Shown here: positions 17,008-25,814 of the stretch, one piece after another
Layout of the letters: the number at the start of each line of letters is the position of its first letter
Position numbering within the stretch: the stretch's first letter is position 1
Source: Thermoplasmata archaeon
GTDB lineage: Archaea; Thermoplasmatota; Thermoplasmata; UBA10834
NCBI GenBank assembly: GCA_041554135.1
Contig: JBFFML010000004.1
Span: 37,340 to 101,339 of the forward strand
Length of the DNA: 64,000 nucleotides
Direction of reading: 5' to 3'
Position numbers and translations under genes: made by a program
The notes under the pieces: model-generated
What the model saw: the letters and a program-made list of their open reading frames with translations, nothing else
Told to the model about the DNA's origin: nothing
Databases searched by the model: none

Positions 17008-17805
17008 TCACTTCTTCTTGGGCCGGCCGGGAGATCTCTTCTTGCCACTCGCGCCCGATGTACCGCCCTTCTTGGACGCAGGCTTCTTCTTGGTGGGCTT
17101 CTTGGCGGGTTTCTTCTTGGCGGGTTTCTTCTTGGCGGAGCTCTTGCGGACCGTCTTCGGCTTGGGTCCTCCCTTCGGACGCGCAGCCTTCTTCGCGGGC
17201 TTCTTCGCGGGCTTTCTCGCAGGCTTCCTCGCAGGCTTCCGGGCCTTCTTCGCCGCCCCGCCTGACTTACCCTTCGACGACGATGCGGCCTCTGACGCTG
17301 CCTCCCCTTGCGCAACTGTCCCATGGGCCACGCCGCGGGCCTCCCTCTCCGCGAACTCGGCCTTGCAGTTCGGGCACGAGGCGGACCGGATCGGCATCTT
17401 CTCGCCACACACGGGGCACTCCACGCTCGCCTCGCCAAGCGGCAGGTCGCACCGGGGACACTTCTCCTCGTCCCCGCGGATCATCAGGCCGCAGCCAGGG
17501 CATGCGACCTTCCTCTCGCTCGATCTTAGTTGCTCCAGCTCGGTGTTGATTATGTTCTCGACGAACTCGTCCATGTCGAACCCGGCGAATGTCTTCTCCA
17601 CGCTGATCGAGAACTCCGTCAGGTCTATGCCGCACGTGGAGCACTTGGACGCGTTGCGCCAAACGAGGCCGGAGCAGAAAGGGCATTCGAAGAGCGTCCC
17701 TGGGCCGAACTGGAGCCCGCATCTCGGACACTCGGAATCGCCCGCTCTGACGATACGCCCGCACTTGAAACAACTGAGGAAGATGTCCGCCTTCTCTTCC
17801 GCCAT
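17008..17805 (-). CDS. Four-zinc-ribbon protein with ~88-aa Lys/Ala/Pro-rich polycationic C-terminal tail
   Basis: Ribbons are CFKCGRIVRAGDSECPRCG, CPFCSGLVWRNASKCSTCG, CPGCGLMIRGDEEKCPRCD and CPVCGEKMPIRSASCPNCK. The tail reads KKARKPARKPARKPAKKPAKKAARPKGGPKPK...KKKPAKKKPAKKPTKKKPASKK...RPKKK. Confidence 0.7.
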   Translation of the reverse strand: MAEEKADIFLSCFKCGRIVRAGDSECPRCGLQFGPGTLFECPFCSGLVWRNASKCSTCGIDLTEFSISVEKTFAGFDMDEFVENIINTELEQLRSSERKVACPGCGLMIRGDEEKCPRCDLPLGEASVECPVCGEKMPIRSASCPNCKAEFAEREARGVAHGTVAQGEAASEAASSSKGKSGGAAKKARKPARKPARKPAKKPAKKAARPKGGPKPKTVRKSSAKKKPAKKKPAKKPTKKKPASKKGGTSGASGKKRSPGRPKKK

Positions 17806-17866
17806 AGTGATTACAGGATGTTACAACTGTTATATAAATTGTGGAATCTGGCAGACGGGCATCTGC

Positions 17867-20800
17867 TCATGCAGAGTCCCGGTCGACGCCTCTCCTGCCT
17901 CTCCCAGACCGCCCGCGGGCGACGGCGAATATCATCATGATGAACAGCACTGGGACGAGGACGTCCGAGAACTCGGGTATCTTCTCGAATATGACCTCGA
18001 CGTTCGAGGTCGTGTTCTGCGTCCACTGCATGCATATGTTCTGCCAGCCGGAGACGGCATACACCGAGGTCAGGTGCGACTTCGCGTAGGAGTTCTGCTC
18101 GATCGTCACCCACGCCCATGAGCCGCTCGCGTTCTTCTTCACGAACACTTGGTTCGAGATGTCCTGCAGCCACATCGCGTACAGATTCCCCGTCGCCGTG
18201 TCGAGTGACAAGGTGGGGCACGTGTGGCCTCGCGTGCTCGACTCGTTGAGCGGCAAGGCCGACGACCAGCCGCTGCCATTGTTGTACGCGTAGTTGATTG
18301 TGGCCCTCAGCTTCCCGCCTACCTGGTCCCCCGTCCCGTAAACGACGTGCAGCACGCCGTCGCCGTCGACGAGGGCCGAGGGTGGCGCAAGGTCCGTGTT
18401 CGCTGTGCTGGCCCCCGCGGCGTACACGACCGTCGGTGTGCTCCATGCGGAACCGCCGTTGCTCCTGCTGTAAACGGCGCCGTCTGAGCCGTAGACTGCC
18501 CACACGGCTACGCCAGACCCGGCCTTCCCCGGAACTATCACGGCTTTGCTGTTCGTCGCCGCGGACCATGGGCTCAAGAGGTCTCCCTTGTAAGACCATG
18601 TGCCCTCGACATCGTCCACGGCGGCACTCTGGTAGGTCCAAAGACCGAACTGGGAGTTGGTTGAGTGCTCGCGCGAGGTCGCGGCGATCCAGAGATATCC
18701 GTTCGAGTCCTTGCACATGAATGCGTTCTTGCCGCCTGTCGCGTACGCGGACACGGCAAGCGTGGTCTCGTTGCCCCAAGTTATGACGGCCGTCACCGGG
18801 TCGACCGAACCGCGGCGCACGTGGATGTCCGTCGTGGAGGACGCTGTGTCGCCCACCGCGTAGACGACCTTGTTGGCGGTATCGTACCATACGCTCGTCT
18901 CGTTCACGCCCGCGATCGAGTCGAAGACGGCCCCCGCGCTCGTCCAGGAGACACCGCCGTCGGAACTGCTGGCGTAGACGGTGTCCGTGCCGTCCCAGTA
19001 GAAACTCCAGAAGTTGGTGCCGTCATGGAACAGTTTCCGCTGATACGACATGGATGTGGCCCAGTTGGATGCCATCGACGTGTCGACGACCCAGCCACGC
19101 AGGTCCGCCTCTGATGCCAGCGCCAAGGAGGACGCGCTGGCGAGCAACGGGTCCACCATCGCCATGTCCGTCCTGCCCTTCCAGTCCGTCGCCTCGACCA
19201 CGAACTCGAAGGCGCCGCCGTCGCCGAATGCCGCCGAGGGCAAGCTGATCTCCATCTGACTCGCATCCTTGGCAACCGATATCGTCGTGAATGTGAGCTT
19301 CCACTCCCCCTGATCGTAGTCGAACAGGTACTCGGTCAGCACCTCGCCGAACTGACCTACGACCTCCACCATCTGGTCCGCGCCGATCGTCCTCGAACCG
19401 TACGATAGCGGATAGCCGGTCGCCACCGAGGCGTCGCTGTCGACGAATATCCTGATGTAATCCTCGCCCGTCTTCCTCTGGGGCGCGACGGGCGTGCCAC
19501 CGCCGCCGCCTGAGGGCTTGGCCTTCAAGGACGGCACGTAAGCGCCGCTACATATCTCCCCCGCGACGCTCACGTAGAAGAACGACAGGCCTGTGTGGTT
19601 CGTCCCCGCCACTTCCGCTATGTCGATGTTCGCGTTCTCCACGGGCTCGGCGTCTGAGTCGCTCAACAGCAGGTCAGACCAATCCGCGAACGCGCCGTCG
19701 ACAATCACGAAATCGGGAGCGGAGTCCACATATCCAGTGCAAGGTTCGCCATAGACCTCGCTGTGAGCGAACGTCCAGTCCGACGCGACGGTGTCAATGG
19801 CTACCGAGCACAGCTCTCCAGGGGATGACAGGGACAGGTCGGCGATGACCTGGATGACATAAGGGTCGTCCATGGGACCGATCGTGACGCCGTCACCCAC
19901 GGACGGCGAGGTCGTGACATCGTCGTCGGTGAACGCCAGGGACCGCACAGTCCCGCTCGAGCCCTGGCAGCTCAGGGTCAGCCGCAGTACCGCGACCTCA
20001 GTCCCAGACGCGACCACTCCGCTGCTTGGAACGAGCGATTCCTGCTTGACGACCAGCACGCCACCCTCGTGCGGCGTCTCGTAGCTCACCGCGCGGCGCT
20101 CGAGTTCGTCCTGAGACATGAGCAGATATCTGACCTCCTGAGTCTCCAGGGCGCTCGCGAACACGGCCTTGGCCTCTAGCTGTGAGCCTTCGACACTATG
20201 CGTCAGAGAACCCATCTGTGCCCAAGAGCTCCAGTCTCGGCCGTCGTCCGAATCGAAACTCATGATCGTTGCGGACTCGATCGCGCCGTCCCAACCGTCT
20301 AGCTCGAGCATGTAATCGGCCCCGAGCGATCCGACGACATAGCCGGACGAGGATGAGCCGTCCGAGTCGATGAACAGGTAGAAGCTGCTCACGAGCGACG
20401 AGCCCATGGCATCCCCTCCCGTCTCTATGTACATGTAGAGGTCGTTCGCGTCGATGTGCACGGCCCAACGCTGCACGTCGACCGAAGGGGCGGAGGCCGC
20501 GGATGTCTTCATCGTGTAGGCGTCGACGTCGGACCAGTCCGAGAAGTCGCCGTCGATACTGAACGCCTCCGAATCCGTCCTATAGGCGAAGTAGATGAAT
20601 GTGGGGAGTATGATCAGGACGGCCACGAGCACGGCGAGGAATGGCCATCGTGTGATGATAGGGTATCTCTTGGTGCGGCGCGCTCCCGCTCCGCCACGCG
20701 TCCCGTTGATCATCCCTGTGCCGTTCACCATGCCAGTGCCGTTCACCATGCCAGTGCCGTTCACGATGCCTGTGCCGTTGACCCGGCCCACGCCGTGGTC

Positions 20801-21298
20801 GCGCGGCTCCACCAGCGTCGTCGTGACGGCCTCTGGCGGCGGGGAGGGCTCCTCTTCCTCCTCGGGCATAAACGACCGGTCGAGCAACGACTCCGCCAGC
20901 TCGGGCTTCTCAGCCTCGAACGTTACGCTACAGCTGGGGCACTTGCTGGCGCCCGCGGCGACTACGGCCCCACACTCGGGGCACTCGAGCTTGTCGTCCT
21001 CGGTGGCGACTGGCACGCCGCACCTCGGGCACTTGACGACACCCGCCTCGATAGCCATTCCACACGAGGGGCAGGAGATCCCGGCATGCGGAAGCGGCAG
21101 GCTCTCCTTGTCTGCGTCGAGGAACTCCCTCTGGGCTTGTTCGGCCTGCAGCCGTTGCATTAGCCGCTTCTCGATGACCTGGTCCATCTCTCTCCTCGTC
21201 AAGACCGTCTCGAGCCGCGTGCCACAGAACGGGCATCTCTCGGAGTCGGAAGGTACCTTGTTGCCGCAAAGGGGGCAATATAGAAGCTCCCTGTTCAA
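17867..21298 (-). CDS. 1143-aa membrane protein: three N-terminal cytosolic zinc ribbons, one TM helix, large extracellular region with BNR/Asp-box repeats, PEF-CTERM-like anchor
   Basis: Ribbons are CPLCGNKVPSDSERCPFCG, CPSCGMAIEAGVVKCPRCG and CPECGAVVAAGASKCPSCS. The basic stretch RRTKRYPIITR precedes the TM helix WPFLAVLVAVLIILPTFIYFAY. There are two DG-F-DWSD modules. Asp-box-like motifs are SSDGGVSW, SNGGSAWS and NNGSGWSS. The C-terminus is IPEFSDVLVPVLFIMMIFAVARGRSGRGRRG. Confidence 0.75.
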   Translation of the reverse strand: MNRELLYCPLCGNKVPSDSERCPFCGTRLETVLTRREMDQVIEKRLMQRLQAEQAQREFLDADKESLPLPHAGISCPSCGMAIEAGVVKCPRCGVPVATEDDKLECPECGAVVAAGASKCPSCSVTFEAEKPELAESLLDRSFMPEEEEEPSPPPEAVTTTLVEPRDHGVGRVNGTGIVNGTGMVNGTGMVNGTGMINGTRGGAGARRTKRYPIITRWPFLAVLVAVLIILPTFIYFAYRTDSEAFSIDGDFSDWSDVDAYTMKTSAASAPSVDVQRWAVHIDANDLYMYIETGGDAMGSSLVSSFYLFIDSDGSSSSGYVVGSLGADYMLELDGWDGAIESATIMSFDSDDGRDWSSWAQMGSLTHSVEGSQLEAKAVFASALETQEVRYLLMSQDELERRAVSYETPHEGGVLVVKQESLVPSSGVVASGTEVAVLRLTLSCQGSSGTVRSLAFTDDDVTTSPSVGDGVTIGPMDDPYVIQVIADLSLSSPGELCSVAIDTVASDWTFAHSEVYGEPCTGYVDSAPDFVIVDGAFADWSDLLLSDSDAEPVENANIDIAEVAGTNHTGLSFFYVSVAGEICSGAYVPSLKAKPSGGGGGTPVAPQRKTGEDYIRIFVDSDASVATGYPLSYGSRTIGADQMVEVVGQFGEVLTEYLFDYDQGEWKLTFTTISVAKDASQMEISLPSAAFGDGGAFEFVVEATDWKGRTDMAMVDPLLASASSLALASEADLRGWVVDTSMASNWATSMSYQRKLFHDGTNFWSFYWDGTDTVYASSSDGGVSWTSAGAVFDSIAGVNETSVWYDTANKVVYAVGDTASSTTDIHVRRGSVDPVTAVITWGNETTLAVSAYATGGKNAFMCKDSNGYLWIAATSREHSTNSQFGLWTYQSAAVDDVEGTWSYKGDLLSPWSAATNSKAVIVPGKAGSGVAVWAVYGSDGAVYSRSNGGSAWSTPTVVYAAGASTANTDLAPPSALVDGDGVLHVVYGTGDQVGGKLRATINYAYNNGSGWSSALPLNESSTRGHTCPTLSLDTATGNLYAMWLQDISNQVFVKKNASGSWAWVTIEQNSYAKSHLTSVYAVSGWQNICMQWTQNTTSNVEVIFEKIPEFSDVLVPVLFIMMIFAVARGRSGRGRRGVDRDSA
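20699..20782 (-). repeat. 18-bp tandem coding repeat (about 4.5 copies) encoding (NGTGMV)n
   Basis: The + strand reads gtgccgttcaccatgcca repeated with minor variants. The protein reads VNGTGIVNGTGMVNGTGMVNGTGMINGT at residues 173-200 of the 1143-aa protein. Confidence 0.8.
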
Positions 21299-21469
21299 AC
21301 CTCAAACACCTCTTAAAGCACGATGCATGTCGACGGTCGCCGTTGCGCGAGGAAAGGCGACTGACTACATTGGGAGATAGTTATAGCATTCAGGCTCTAT
21401 ATAAATATCTGGACGTGCAGATGGCGATTTGCATCGCCGCGCTCCGACGCTTCTCTCGAACTCAAAACG

Positions 21470-21477
21470 TTAATATA
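21470..21477 (+). promoter_or_regulatory. Candidate BRE/TATA (aaaacg-ttaatata) upstream of rtcB
   Basis: AT-rich octamer preceded by a purine-rich stretch. A second TATA-like element (ctatataaatat) lies at about 21397-21408. Confidence 0.3.
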
Positions 21478-21488
21478 CGCTCGCAAGC

Positions 21489-22967
21489 GTGGCAAGTGAA
21501 GGTGATGCGCGGTTGGCATGGACGGGCCCCCTGAACAAGATCGACGACTACAGGTTCCAGATACCAAGGTCGTTCAAGAGGTGCATGACGACGGATGCCG
21601 TCATATTCGCGGACGAGAAGATGCTGGCGTCGATAGTGCGCGACAGCGCCCCCGAGCAGGCGGCCAACGTGGCGTGCCTTCCAGGCATCGTCGGCAAGTC
21701 CCTCGCCATGCCGGACATCCACTGGGGATACGGGTTCCCGATAGGAGGCGTGGCCGCGTTCGACTCCGAGAACGGCGTGATCTCCCCAGGCGGGATAGGG
21801 TACGACGTCAACTGTGGCGTCCGACTGGTGCGGACCGACCTGTGGGCGGAAGACGTCCAGCCGAAGGTGAAGGACTTGGTCGACGCCGCGTTCGGCAACG
21901 TACCCTCTGGCGTCGGTGAGAAAGGCAAGCTGAGGCTTTCGCACAGCGACATCGAAGAGGTGCTCGAAGGTGGCGCCAGATGGGCCGTGTCAAAGGGTTA
22001 CGGATGGGAGGACGACATCGTCTCCTGCGAGGAGGGTGGATGCATGGCCAGCGCCGACGCCTCCAAGGTGAGCCAGAAGGCCAAACAGAGGGGCGCCCCG
22101 CAGCTAGGGACGCTCGGAGGCGGGAACCACTTCCTGGAGATACAGAGGGTCGAGAAGATATTCGACGAGGAGGCCGCGAGATCCTTCGGATTGACAGGCG
22201 AGGGACAGGTCACCGTGAGCATACACTCGGGCTCAAGGGGTTGCGGGCACCAGATAGCGAGCGACTACATCCAGTTGATGGAGGGCGCCATACGGAAGTA
22301 CGGCATCGAGGTGCCAGACAGGCAACTCGCGTGCGCCCCCGTGACATCGCAAGAGGGGCGGGACTGCTATGCCGCGATGGCCGCGGCCGCCAACTTCGCG
22401 TGGGCGAACAGGCAGCTCATACTGCACTGGCTCAGAGAGTCGTTCGAGGGAGTGATGGGCAGATCCCCCGAGGACATGGGCATGAGCCTGGTGTACGATG
22501 TCGCCCACAACATATGCAAGCAGGAGGAGCACGACGTCGACGGACGGAGGGCCAAGCTCTACGTGCACAGGAAGGGCGCCACCAGGGCGTTCGACTCGTC
22601 GAGGGACGAAGTGCCGGCGAAGTACCGGAGCGCAGGTCAGCCGGTGCTCATACCGGGCGACATGGGGAACGCGAGCTACCTGCTCGTCGGCACGGCCGGG
22701 GCGATGGCGGAGACTTTCGGGTCGACATGCCATGGCGCCGGCAGGCAGATGTCGAGGAAGGCGGCCACCAAGAGGTTCTCAGAGAGGGACGTGCTGGAGA
22801 TGCTGAGGGGCAGAGGCATATACGTGAGAGCGGCGTCCAGGGAAGGCATAGTCGAGGAGGCGCCGGGGGCCTACAAGGATGTCGACGATGTAGTCCGCAT
22901 AGCTGACGGGGCGGGCATATCTAGGCTCGTGGCGCGGCTGAAGCCGATGGGCGTCATGAAGGGATAA
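21489..22967 (+). CDS. rtcB: RNA-splicing ligase RtcB
   Basis: Motifs [34 protein letters not shown] and CHGAGR. No intein. GTG at 21489, but an in-frame TTG at 21513 fits homolog N-termini and the nearby TATA box better. Confidence 0.9.
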   Translation: MASEGDARLAWTGPLNKIDDYRFQIPRSFKRCMTTDAVIFADEKMLASIVRDSAPEQAANVACLPGIVGKSLAMPDIHWGYGFPIGGVAAFDSENGVISPGGIGYDVNCGVRLVRTDLWAEDVQPKVKDLVDAAFGNVPSGVGEKGKLRLSHSDIEEVLEGGARWAVSKGYGWEDDIVSCEEGGCMASADASKVSQKAKQRGAPQLGTLGGGNHFLEIQRVEKIFDEEAARSFGLTGEGQVTVSIHSGSRGCGHQIASDYIQLMEGAIRKYGIEVPDRQLACAPVTSQEGRDCYAAMAAAANFAWANRQLILHWLRESFEGVMGRSPEDMGMSLVYDVAHNICKQEEHDVDGRRAKLYVHRKGATRAFDSSRDEVPAKYRSAGQPVLIPGDMGNASYLLVGTAGAMAETFGSTCHGAGRQMSRKAATKRFSERDVLEMLRGRGIYVRAASREGIVEEAPGAYKDVDDVVRIADGAGISRLVARLKPMGVMKG

Positions 22968-22971
22968 GGCC

Positions 22972-24282
22972 CTACGGCTCGAGCGCCTTCGCGGCAGCCC
23001 TGGCGACGCGGTCCCTGTCCTCCGCGGGACAGGCCACCATTACGGCCCACTCGTGCACCCTCCTGTTCTGTAGCGACTGTGCTATCGAGCTGACCCTCGA
23101 GAGCAGCCGGGCCTTGCTGCCGTCTATCACCCGTATCCCGACCAGAGATATCCTCGGCTCGGAGATCGGCAGCTCGTGAGAGGGGACATCGATTATCACT
23201 CGTCCCGGCTCGGTCCCGGCCCTCGAGGCTATCTCCTCCTCGAGCTTCCTCCTGCGGTCCATCCGGCCGATCTCGTCTATGGCGTCCCAGCCGTCTTCGG
23301 GGATGTCCAACACGGCCCTCGCGTAGACCTTCTTGAACAGCTTGCGATACTTGATCCGTGTGGCCACCTCCCTGAAGTAGCCCCCTCGAGAGGCCAGGTT
23401 CGACAGCAGGGAGGAGTCCGTCATGCGGAACAGCGACCCCACCTCCTCGGGCTCGAGCCTCTCCACCGCCTTGGCGAGCATCAGCTCGGCGATCCTCACG
23501 GTCTTGTGATAGTAGACTGAGGCGAACATGAGCGCGCGGGCCACGAGCATGCCCTCCACGGCGCTGAGGCCGCCCTTCGCGACGACCAGGTCGCCGTTGA
23601 ATATCTCGACCGTGTCCAAGAGCCTGTCGAGGTCGATCACGCCGTACGCCACACCGGTGTAGTGCGCGTCGCGGATGAGGTAGTCGAGCTGGTCCACGTC
23701 GACAGGCCCGCACACCATTTGTCCGAGGTAGCGCCGCTCGTTGAAGTGCGCCTGCCCGTCATGGCTGCCGAGCGTGCGCTGGTCGGACCGAGCGCTCGAC
23801 GTCCAGTCCAGCAACGAGGCCACATCCTTGGGGGCGATGCCCTGCGCCTCCAGGGCATCGACGATGCTTGATCGGCCGCCGAGTATGCGCTCCTCGTCGT
23901 CCGACAGTATCGTCTCTTCGCCCATGATGAGGCGTTTGGATATCTCGACATGGTCGATCCCGAACTGCTCGTGGAGGACGGTCTCGAAGGTGTGGGAATA
24001 GGGCAGGTGTCCCACGTCGTGGAGCAGGGAGGCGCATCTGACGATCACGTCCTCCTCCTCGCCGAGCCGCAGCGACGCGCTCATCCTCCCCGCGACGGCG
24101 AACGTCCCGAGCGAGTGCTCCAGCCGCGTGTGGTTCGCCCCTGGATACACGAGGTTCGCCAGCCCCAGCTGGTTCACGCCGTGCAGCCGTTGCAGTTCGT
24201 TCGAGTCGATGAGCGGCATGAACGGTGCGTCCACGCGCACGCTCCCGTGCACCGAGTCCCTTATTATCTTGTACTCCGCCAC
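22972..24282 (-). CDS. HD-domain phosphohydrolase (SAMHD1/dNTP triphosphohydrolase-like)
   Basis: Motifs RLEHSLG, LLHDVGHLPYSH and DQLDYLIRD. Length 436 aa. Confidence 0.8.
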   Translation of the reverse strand: MAEYKIIRDSVHGSVRVDAPFMPLIDSNELQRLHGVNQLGLANLVYPGANHTRLEHSLGTFAVAGRMSASLRLGEEEDVIVRCASLLHDVGHLPYSHTFETVLHEQFGIDHVEISKRLIMGEETILSDDEERILGGRSSIVDALEAQGIAPKDVASLLDWTSSARSDQRTLGSHDGQAHFNERRYLGQMVCGPVDVDQLDYLIRDAHYTGVAYGVIDLDRLLDTVEIFNGDLVVAKGGLSAVEGMLVARALMFASVYYHKTVRIAELMLAKAVERLEPEEVGSLFRMTDSSLLSNLASRGGYFREVATRIKYRKLFKKVYARAVLDIPEDGWDAIDEIGRMDRRRKLEEEIASRAGTEPGRVIIDVPSHELPISEPRISLVGIRVIDGSKARLLSRVSSIAQSLQNRRVHEWAVMVACPAEDRDRVARAAAKALEP

Positions 24283-24474
24283 GTCTGCATGAGAGAACGT
24301 TGTGACATATAATTGTTGACAGTGGAAGTGGCCGTCGGCGCGGTCGCCGCGTCGCCGTCGGCGCGCAGGTAGTAGAAATACGTTTGCAGGCGCCCGGTCA
24401 TGCCGTTCCCGCTCGATGTGAATACTTTTAAGAATCGAGAGTCATTGTGAGATTGTCACGAGGAGGAACCCCCG

Positions 24475-25200
24475 TTGCAGTCTCGTGCCGAAGTAAGCGA
24501 AGACAGGATACTCACGTACATCGACGGCTTCGACAGCAAGATAGGCGGAGGCATCCGGAAGGGCCACGTCGTGCTTCTCGCGGGCACCCCGGGTACTATG
24601 AAGTCGTCGATAGCCCTGAACATGATGCACAAGTGCGTGAGGAAGCGGGCCATGAACGTCCTGTACGTGAGCATAGAGGAGAGCAAGGAGAGCCTCATGG
24701 AGTGCATGGAGGAGCTCGGACTCGGCTCGGTCGACGAGAACAAGTTCTTCATCGTCGACATAGGCAAACTGCGGCTCGAGCACACCGACGCCGACATAGG
24801 CCGCGACTGGTTCAAGATACTCAAGGAGTACCTGAGGAAGAAGGTCGAGAACGAGGGCGTCGAGCTGATCGTGATCGACTCACTCACCGCGGTGTATTCG
24901 CTGACCCAGATCCAAAGCCCCAGGCAGGAGCTGTTCCACTTCTTCGGCTTCCTCAAGCGGCTCGGCGTGACCACGTTCCTCATATCGGAGACGCAGCAGA
25001 ACGGCCTCGCCTTCGGGCCGTATCATGAGGACTACCTCGCAGACGGCACGATCCTCCTGAAGTTCGTGGACGTCGGTGAATCGGATGTCCAGCTCAGGAT
25101 AAGGGCCGTGAAGATGCGCCATTCGAAGATACACCACGGCTACCTCACGCTGCTGTACCGCGACGGTCAGTTCATGGCAACCCCACCCATAGCGGAGTAA
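24475..25200 (+). CDS. KaiC/RecA-superfamily ATPase-like protein with deviant Walker A
   Basis: TTG start preceded by aggagga. The P-loop reads AGTPGTMKS, with Met where the canonical GK[ST] glycine sits. Walker B-like LIVIDSLT. Confidence 0.7.
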   Translation: MQSRAEVSEDRILTYIDGFDSKIGGGIRKGHVVLLAGTPGTMKSSIALNMMHKCVRKRAMNVLYVSIEESKESLMECMEELGLGSVDENKFFIVDIGKLRLEHTDADIGRDWFKILKEYLRKKVENEGVELIVIDSLTAVYSLTQIQSPRQELFHFFGFLKRLGVTTFLISETQQNGLAFGPYHEDYLADGTILLKFVDVGESDVQLRIRAVKMRHSKIHHGYLTLLYRDGQFMATPPIAE

Positions 25201-25273
25201 GCGAAGGCGGCAGAAAGACGTGGCGTCGACTGCGGCGTCGGTGAGGAGTCCGCCGGATTCAGGAGCGTACCTT

Positions 25274-25669
25274 TCAGAAGCCGCCCTTTATCTTGTTCCG
25301 GTCTATGCGTATACCCTGCGGGGTCACCATCAACAGGTTCTTCCCCACGCCGGCGACGTCGCCGTTGACGTCCCTCGCGACATGCTTCAGCTCCGCCGTG
25401 ATCCTCTTCAGTGTCAGGTCGTCGTTGGCTATCGACGTGAAGTCTAAAATCACGATGTTGCCCGCGTACACCTCGCTGGTGAGCAACGACAGGTCCTCGT
25501 ACCGGAACAGCTCGCCGACCTTGACGAGCTGAGCGCCTTCGGTGTCTCCCGTGACGTGCTCGTCATCGAACGCCATCTCGCTCAGGTCGATGTACTGCTC
25601 AGCGCTGGCGTGGTGTCTGCTCTCTGACTCCTGCGACGAAGGGAAAGTCTTCTTCTTCAGAATGGTCAC
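25274..25669 (-). CDS. sepF: SepF-like cell-division protein (DUF552)
   Basis: 131 aa. The core LVKVGELFRYEDLSLLTSEVYAGNIVILDFTSI...RITAELKHVARDVNGDVAGVGKNLLMVTPQGIRI matches the SepF fold pattern as I remember it. Confidence 0.6.
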   Translation of the reverse strand: MTILKKKTFPSSQESESRHHASAEQYIDLSEMAFDDEHVTGDTEGAQLVKVGELFRYEDLSLLTSEVYAGNIVILDFTSIANDDLTLKRITAELKHVARDVNGDVAGVGKNLLMVTPQGIRIDRNKIKGGF

Positions 25670-25814
25670 TGTGCATCCCTCTGGGCTAGGTATAACCTTG
25701 TTCGGATATAAAGCCTATCATGCGTGGCCAGACGGCCGTTTTTCCTGGTGAATCGGCGCGCGGGGGTCGGATCACGCGGACAGCAGGAGCCTATGATCTC
25801 GGCACTCCGGCGCG

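Noticed and set aside
16935-17438. Arg-rich N-terminal extension of track ORF 16575..17438
   Set aside because: It is an alternative-frame read of the neighbouring gene's Lys-rich tail (AAG/AAA repeats read as AGA/AGG). The zinc-ribbon protein starts at ATG 16934.
17811-18890. 359-aa minus-strand ORF and similar ORFs within 17867-21298
   Set aside because: They are off-frame reads of the 1143-aa gene, with Arg/Gly/His-rich translations.
20699-20782. NGT repeats as an N-glycosylation sequon array
   Set aside because: The segment precedes the only N-terminal TM helix and is followed by a basic cluster. The positive-inside rule therefore places it in the cytoplasm, where N-glycosylation does not occur.
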